DNA of 64,000 bases, from the NCBI GenBank assembly GCA_964016885.1, contig OZ024741.1, positions 46,438,001-46,502,000 on the forward strand. Direction: 5' to 3'. Position numbers and translations under genes: made by a program. The notes beneath the pieces were generated by a model. That model searched no databases and was not told the origin of the DNA. It worked only from the letters and a program-made list of their open reading frames with translations. Positions 57,992 to 64,000 of the stretch are shown piece by piece (the first letter of the stretch is position 1; each line of letters begins with the position of its first letter). This DNA is from Eledone cirrhosa. Its lineage: Eukaryota.

Positions 57992-59471
57992 CATGGTGGC
58001 TGCCAACTCATTTTCGAGTACGGCCACTACTTTATATCCATGTAGGAGAACCCCTACCGATGCGCTATACAAGTGTGACTTTTTAGTCCAACCAGCGACT
58101 TGAAAACTCTGGTACAAACACTACACTTGTGACAATTATTGACACATAGTGCTGGGCCCATGGTACCATGTCACGACAAGTGCAGAAAGATCTCCAGATA
58201 CAAAGCAATACCTGTGCCGTGAAGCTTTTATAGTTAGCAAAGGCACTGCAAAAGCCAGTCCCACTCTCTTAACCAAGATGATATTTACCAAAAAGAAGAA
58301 CAAGTCAACATCATTGGATACCATCGGGGTTGCAGGTGTTATATCAGAGTTTTCCTTCTCCTAGAATTCTGCCTTGACAAAGGCTAAGGGGTCATCTTTC
58401 CCGGTGATTTTGGATGGCCATTGACAAATAAGAGCTCCTTTGCCCTTTGACAGGTTTTGTTTTTAGTACTGCAGGATGTCCAAAGTCACCCTGCTCACCA
58501 AGAAACCTTGGTGGGGTTGCCAGTTTAGTCGCCAACGACCCGACCATGAGACAGGTTGTACTGGGATACATGTTACCTACATACATACATACATACATAC
58601 ATACATACATACATACATACATACATACATACATACATACATACATACATACATACATAAATACATACATGGTGGCGGCCAACTCGTTATCGAGTACGGC
58701 CACTATTTTATATCCATGTAGGAGAACCCCTACCGATGCGCTGAACAAGTGTGACTTTTTAGTCCATCCAGCGACTTGAAAACTCTGGTACAAACACTAT
58801 ACTTGTGACAATTATTGACACATAGTGCTGGGCCCATGGTACCATGTCACGACAAGTGCAGAAAGATCTCCAGATACAAAGCAATACCTGTGCCGTGAAG
58901 CTTTTATAGTTAGCAAAGGCACTGCACAAAGCCAGTCCCACTCTCTTAACCAAGATGATATTTACCAAAAAGAAGAACAAGTCAACATCATTGGATACGA
59001 TCAGGGTTTCAGGTGTTATATCAGAGTTTTCCTTCTCCTAGAATTCTGCCTTGACAAAGGCTAAGGAGTCATCTCTCCCGGTGATTTTGGATGGCCATTG
59101 ACTCTTAAGAGCTCCTTTGCCCTTTGACAGGTTTTGTTTTTAGTCCTGCAGGATGTCCAAAGTCACCCTCCTCACCAAGAAACCTTGGTGGGGTTGCCAG
59201 TTTAGTCGCCAACGACCCGACCATGGGACAGGTTGTACTGGGATACATGTTACATACATACATGCATACATACATACATACATACATACATACATACATA
59301 CATACATACATACATACATACATACATGGTGGCTGCCAACTCGTTTTCGAGTACGGCCACTATTTTATATCCATGTAGGAGAACCCCTACCGATGCGCTG
59401 AACGAATGTGACTTTATAGTCCAGCCAGCGACTTGAAAACTCTGGTACAAACACTATACTTGTGACAATTA

Positions 59472-59472
<1 letters not shown>
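57992..59472 (-). mobile_element. Three tandem family N copies (57992-58577, 58668-59252, 59324-59472)
   Basis: Head-to-tail copies separated by (CATA)n. All keep the 3' end and differ in 5' truncation. Confidence 0.85.
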
Positions 59473-59502
<30 letters not shown>

Positions 59503-59550
59503 CATACATACATACATACATACATACATACATACATACATACATACATA

Positions 59551-60060
59551 CATGATGATGGCTGCAACCCGATTTCGAGTAATGCTATTGATTGATAATA
59601 AAGGATGAGCATCACGGGCCTGGCTTTTTAGTCCTGCTAGGAACTTACCTGTGACCAGCAATATCACGCATCGCAGTATATGTCACATATCAAGCGACGC
59701 CTTTTACTTGAAGTTTTTCTAAGTGAAGAAAGGCTTTAAATGGGGCCAATCCCACTCTCTGAACATCGAATGCATTTGCCGAAAACGAAAAACTTATCTA
59801 TGTCATCGAAGCAAACGAAGTGTCTTAATGAAGACTAGGAGCCTCTCGATCACACAAAAAAAATTTATTGGATGGCCGCTGACTTTGCTGAGTTCCTCCG
59901 CCCTTTAATGGGTTTTACTTTTCATCCCACAGAGTGTCCAAAACTACCCCGCTCACCAAGCAAGCTTGGTGGGGTTGCCGGTTTAGTCGCCAACGACCCA
60001 TCCGTGCACAGTTTGGACTGGGTTACATGTTACCAGTAGCGCTGAAGAGCGAGATGACAT
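59551..60060 (-). mobile_element. Diverged relative of family N
   Basis: Conserved 5' block GCTACTGGTAACATGTAACCCAGT...GGCGACTAAACCGGCAACCCCACC and 3' ACTCGAAATCGGGTTGCAGCCATCATCATG. Confidence 0.65.
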
Positions 60061-60152
60061 ATACACACACACATACATACATGCATACATGCATACATAC
60101 ATACATACATACATACATACATACATACATACATACATACATACATACATAC

Positions 60153-61512
60153 ATTCTTGTGACGCTAAACTCCGCCAGTTGCAGAATACGCATTGACATG
60201 TGATATCTCTCACCAGCAGCAGAGTTCAAAGAACAAAGATCAAGTCCAGTCCATGACATTGTCAAGCCATCGCTTTGGCTGCCAGCCTCTGCTTCTCTTA
60301 CCAGCCAACCTTCCTTCCAGGCATAACCTACTCACACCACGAGTTGATCTTTTTATATGTCCGTATAGTTTGAGGACTCTTGACTTGACAATTGATCTAA
60401 TTGGTCTAAGTTTGGTAATGTTGAGCAGCTCACTGATACAGATACTGTCGCTGAGCCGCTTGCCAGTCATAAGTCTCATGATGTGGTTCTGGAATGTAGA
60501 GAGCTTTTTGAAGTGACCTTGTCGTCCAATTAACACAGTCAAGACCATATAACACAACTGGTAGGATGTAAGTATCAACGATCTTAGCCTTCAAATGGTA
60601 GAAAACTTGTTTTAATGTTAGTAGTTCCTTGTTCTTTTTGAAATCTGCCCAACCTAGAGTGATTCGATATTGCGCAGCAACCATTCCATTGTTGTTTGCT
60701 GATAGTTTGTAACCGAGATATTCCGTAACTTGAGCAATTTGTTGATTGTAGATTGTGAGTTGGAGATTGGCATTATTTTTATCAGTTGTCATACATTTTG
60801 TTTTGGAGATGCTGATGTGTAAGCCAGTACATTCAGAAAGTCTTGCAGATCAGTTATAGAGTAACTCATGATGACCAGATCGTCTGCATAGCTAAGATTT
60901 GATAGGAATTTGCCTCCTATTTGATAGCCAGAGGAGCATTCTTCTTCAGTTTGGTAGATAAGTGCAGCTATAACTATACAGAAAAGAAGTGCTGATAGTA
61001 CATCCCCCTGCTTAACTCTCTTCAAGATGTCTATACAGCATGTAGCTCCCAAGTCTTTTTTGATATATGCTGTTGAGTTGGTGTAAGTTTATTTCAATAG
61101 GTTGATGTATTTTTTGTTAATTGAGGTCTTTAACTGTATTAATACTACAGGAAAAAGCCCAGACATGTTCAAGAAAGCATTGATAGTTTTGAACTCTACA
61201 AAAAAGGTAGGAGACTTGATTGTGAGAACTATCGTCCTATCAGCTTACTGAGTCATGTTACAAGCTTTTCGTGAGTATCATTGCAGCACGAGTGAAGTCA
61301 GTCCTTTACGCCTCATTTCCTGAAACACAAGTCATGTATCAACTTGGAAGAGGCACCATTGAGCAGATCCTAGCTATTGAACAAATCATTGAGAAATCAA
61401 TAGAATTCAACAACCCTGCGCACATCACCTTCATTGATTTCACAAAAGCTTTTGACAACGTGAAACTACCCAGCTTGTGGCAACTCTTAAACAAGATGTC
61501 AATTAACAAAAT
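60153..61512 (-). mobile_element. Decayed RTE-like LINE with (TATG)n tail and 5' inversion
   Basis: Minus strand VKQGDVLSALLF, LSYADDL, YILPVVLYG, LKLYGHIKR, GKRSRG..KRW. The plus strand at 61140-61512 carries the upstream RT part (NYRPISLLSH, FIDFTKAFD). Confidence 0.85.
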
Positions 61513-62457
61513 ACATACATACATATATGCATACAAGTATATACTGGCATCCGAACTTTAGTTCTTTCTTCCATAGATTGACAGCCAAGAATTCTACTAT
61601 GCCTATCAACTGTTACCATGACTCTAACAGATATTTCATCAGTCTTCTCATCCAGAATTGCATTCATGTACGTAGAACTTTTTTAATACCATCTAATTTT
61701 TGTGTTAATAATTTCCTCAAGATCTCATCACCACATAATTTATTAATCAATCTACTATTCCTTTCTTAATTCCTTATTTTTCACTCATTATTTCTTTATT
61801 CTTTTCTTTATTCAAATTCTTCACATTTTTGCTCTGTTTTCTTTTATTTTTGTTGTTTGTTTGTTTGTCTTTTGTCGTCGTTGTTGTTGTTATTGTTGCT
61901 GCTGTTGTTTTTTCGCCTGCTATATTTGTTTTCCCACTTAACTTAAAATAGTGGCTATAATCATTCTGCAGTGTAGTATAACTATCAAGATCAAACAAGT
62001 AATTCTTCATTTTATTTGCTTTGACGTCATTTAAAATTTCTGCGCTGTAAAATTAATTTTCATAAAATTACATTTCAAAACATAAAAGTTGAAATGCATA
62101 AATTAAATAAAACTGATGACTCCTTGAAATAGCAATATCTATTTTTTTTAAATCATTTCAAAATTATTTTTCTCCTTATTTCATTTTTTTTTTTATTTGT
62201 TTCTCTTCTTTTAAAGCTTCTTTCGTTATCCTCTTCTGTTTCCCACTACTATATGTAACTAAAACCTCATGCAAATGTATGAACAGAAACTACCGTCCAT
62301 GATTTCAAAACTTTCAGAATAAAAATACATTGATGAATGACTTTAGGTTGGTTAATGGTGGAGAGTTAAAGAATTGCTGTCTTTCTGTTACAGTAATATT
62401 TCCCTTCATTTATTACTAACATCATACTGCATATTTATGTGTTATTTTTTATATTCG

Positions 62458-62570
<113 letters not shown>

Positions 62571-62577
62571 GTATATA

Positions 62578-62623
<46 letters not shown>

Positions 62624-62704
62624 ATCTATATGTCTATCTATATACCTATCTATATACCTATCTCACGCCTCTCTCTCTCTATATATATATATAAAAATAT
62701 ATAT

Positions 62705-62771
<67 letters not shown>

Positions 62772-63169
62772 TCTCTCTCTGATTTTTATTCTGACGTCTT
62801 TAAATAAATATTGTAAGTAAAAGAAAAAGACAAGAAATACTTCTATTTTCAAACATAAAACCGATGTAACGTGAACAAGAAGAAGAAGCCTTTAAAGAAA
62901 ACATCTTTATTTTGTTTGAACATATGTAGAAAAATATGATTAATATTCTCTAGGTTTAACCAAGTACTCTAGCAACGCTATCATCACATTAAACTATACC
63001 CCCCCCCCCACACACACACACACAATTCTACTGTTGCTGTTCGTTACGGTATATGAAGGAGAACCCAGCTTTCTCTGTTCTCAATTATTTTAATTTCATA
63101 AAATTCATAAATTCCTTCAAATTACTAATTTTAATTGGCAGTAATCGATGGAGCGTCGAAATACATGCT

Positions 63170-63612
63170 TTATGGCATAGAGTTACGACCCTTTACGATT
63201 TAGTTCAAATCCTACCGATGTTAGCTTTGCCGATCCCGATAAAATAGACGCCCCAGGCTATTTTGCCGGTAAGAGTCTCGGACAACATGCCTTGCAGCAT
63301 AGAGTTGCAGACCTTTACGGATGCCTTGCAGCATAGAGTTGCAGACCTTTACGGTCTGAGTTCTAACCCTACCGATGTTAGCTTTGCATTTCATCCTTAT
63401 GGAGTCGACAAAATAAATTGTTGGTCTTGTTCCTAAATCAGAAACCAATATTTTGTTAAGTATCGGTACAACGTAGGACAACAGGCTTTATGGCATTGAG
63501 TTACAGCCCTTTACAATCCTGCCGATGTCTGGTAATGCACTGGGGTCGATTTTATCGACATTTCCCCCTTCCCACAAAATTATTGACCTTTTGCCTAAAT
63601 CAGAAACCATTA
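63170..63612 (+). mobile_element. Cluster of rearranged family A SINE fragments
   Basis: Several partial copies, some inverted (GCAGCATAGAGTTGC..CCTTTACG, TTTCATCCTTATGGAGTCGAC, CCTAAATCAGAAACC). Confidence 0.6.
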
Positions 63613-63647
63613 TTTGTTTGTTTAAGCAGCAGGCTGTTGCGTTAATG

Positions 63648-64000
63648 CAGTGATTCTCAACCAGTGTGCCGCGAGATCTTCCTATGTTGCCGCGAAATTT
63701 TGAACGGCACACTAAGAAAATGCGATTACGTTCAATGGAAGAATAAATGAGGGTGTGTCTGTCTCATATTCGACCAAACTTTGAACGGCACAAATTTCTC
63801 ACTAAAGAAGCCAGCTATTTGACTGATGATATTCGAAACACTGAAACAAAATAAGTTCATAGCTGTGTTTTTCTTTATTTAGTTTGAGTCATTCTATGTG
63901 TCTATGACTAGTCTGTGCCTACGGTTGTATGCCGTCTATGACTAGTCTGTGTCTACGGTTGTATGCCGTCTATGACTAGTCTGTGCCTACGGTTGTATGC
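63648..64000. mobile_element. Probable hAT/Charlie-like element left end with a 34-bp tandem repeat
   Basis: CAGTGATTCTCAACC start. The unit GTCTATGACTAGTCTGTGCCTACGGTTGTATGCC is repeated from 63900 to the window edge. The other TIR is not visible. Confidence 0.45.

Noticed and set aside
53026-58577. Family N copies as LTRs flanking the 54381-57891 ORF
   Set aside because: The ORF is a non-LTR RT-RLE protein, the copies are separated from it by (CATA)n, they occur solo elsewhere, and they show 5' truncation.

Overview
Eukaryotic, AT-rich, repeat-saturated DNA with no recognisable host gene. The SINEs and the (TA)n/(CA)n/(GATA)n/(CATA)n density suggest an octopus or other cephalopod genome (inference). 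Most short ORFs in the track are microsatellite translations. Real coding sequence is all retroelement: a near-complete Tx1/L1-clade LINE in (GATA)n (33778-39517, -), a decayed R4/Dong-like RLE LINE in (CATA)n (~53745-57975, +), two RTE-like LINE fragments, and a Penelope-like GIY-YIG endonuclease fragment missed by the ORF track (13037-13438, -). The main hidden signal is about 15 type-I hammerhead ribozyme motifs from many unrelated sequence families. They lie mostly in fold-back insertions within (TA)n tracts and are often followed by a shared short 3' tail motif. A ~610-bp non-coding retroposon occurs in 8 close and several diverged copies, nearly always in (TATG)n. Each retroelement class appears to occupy its own microsatellite type. 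All structures were read by eye and none is computationally validated.
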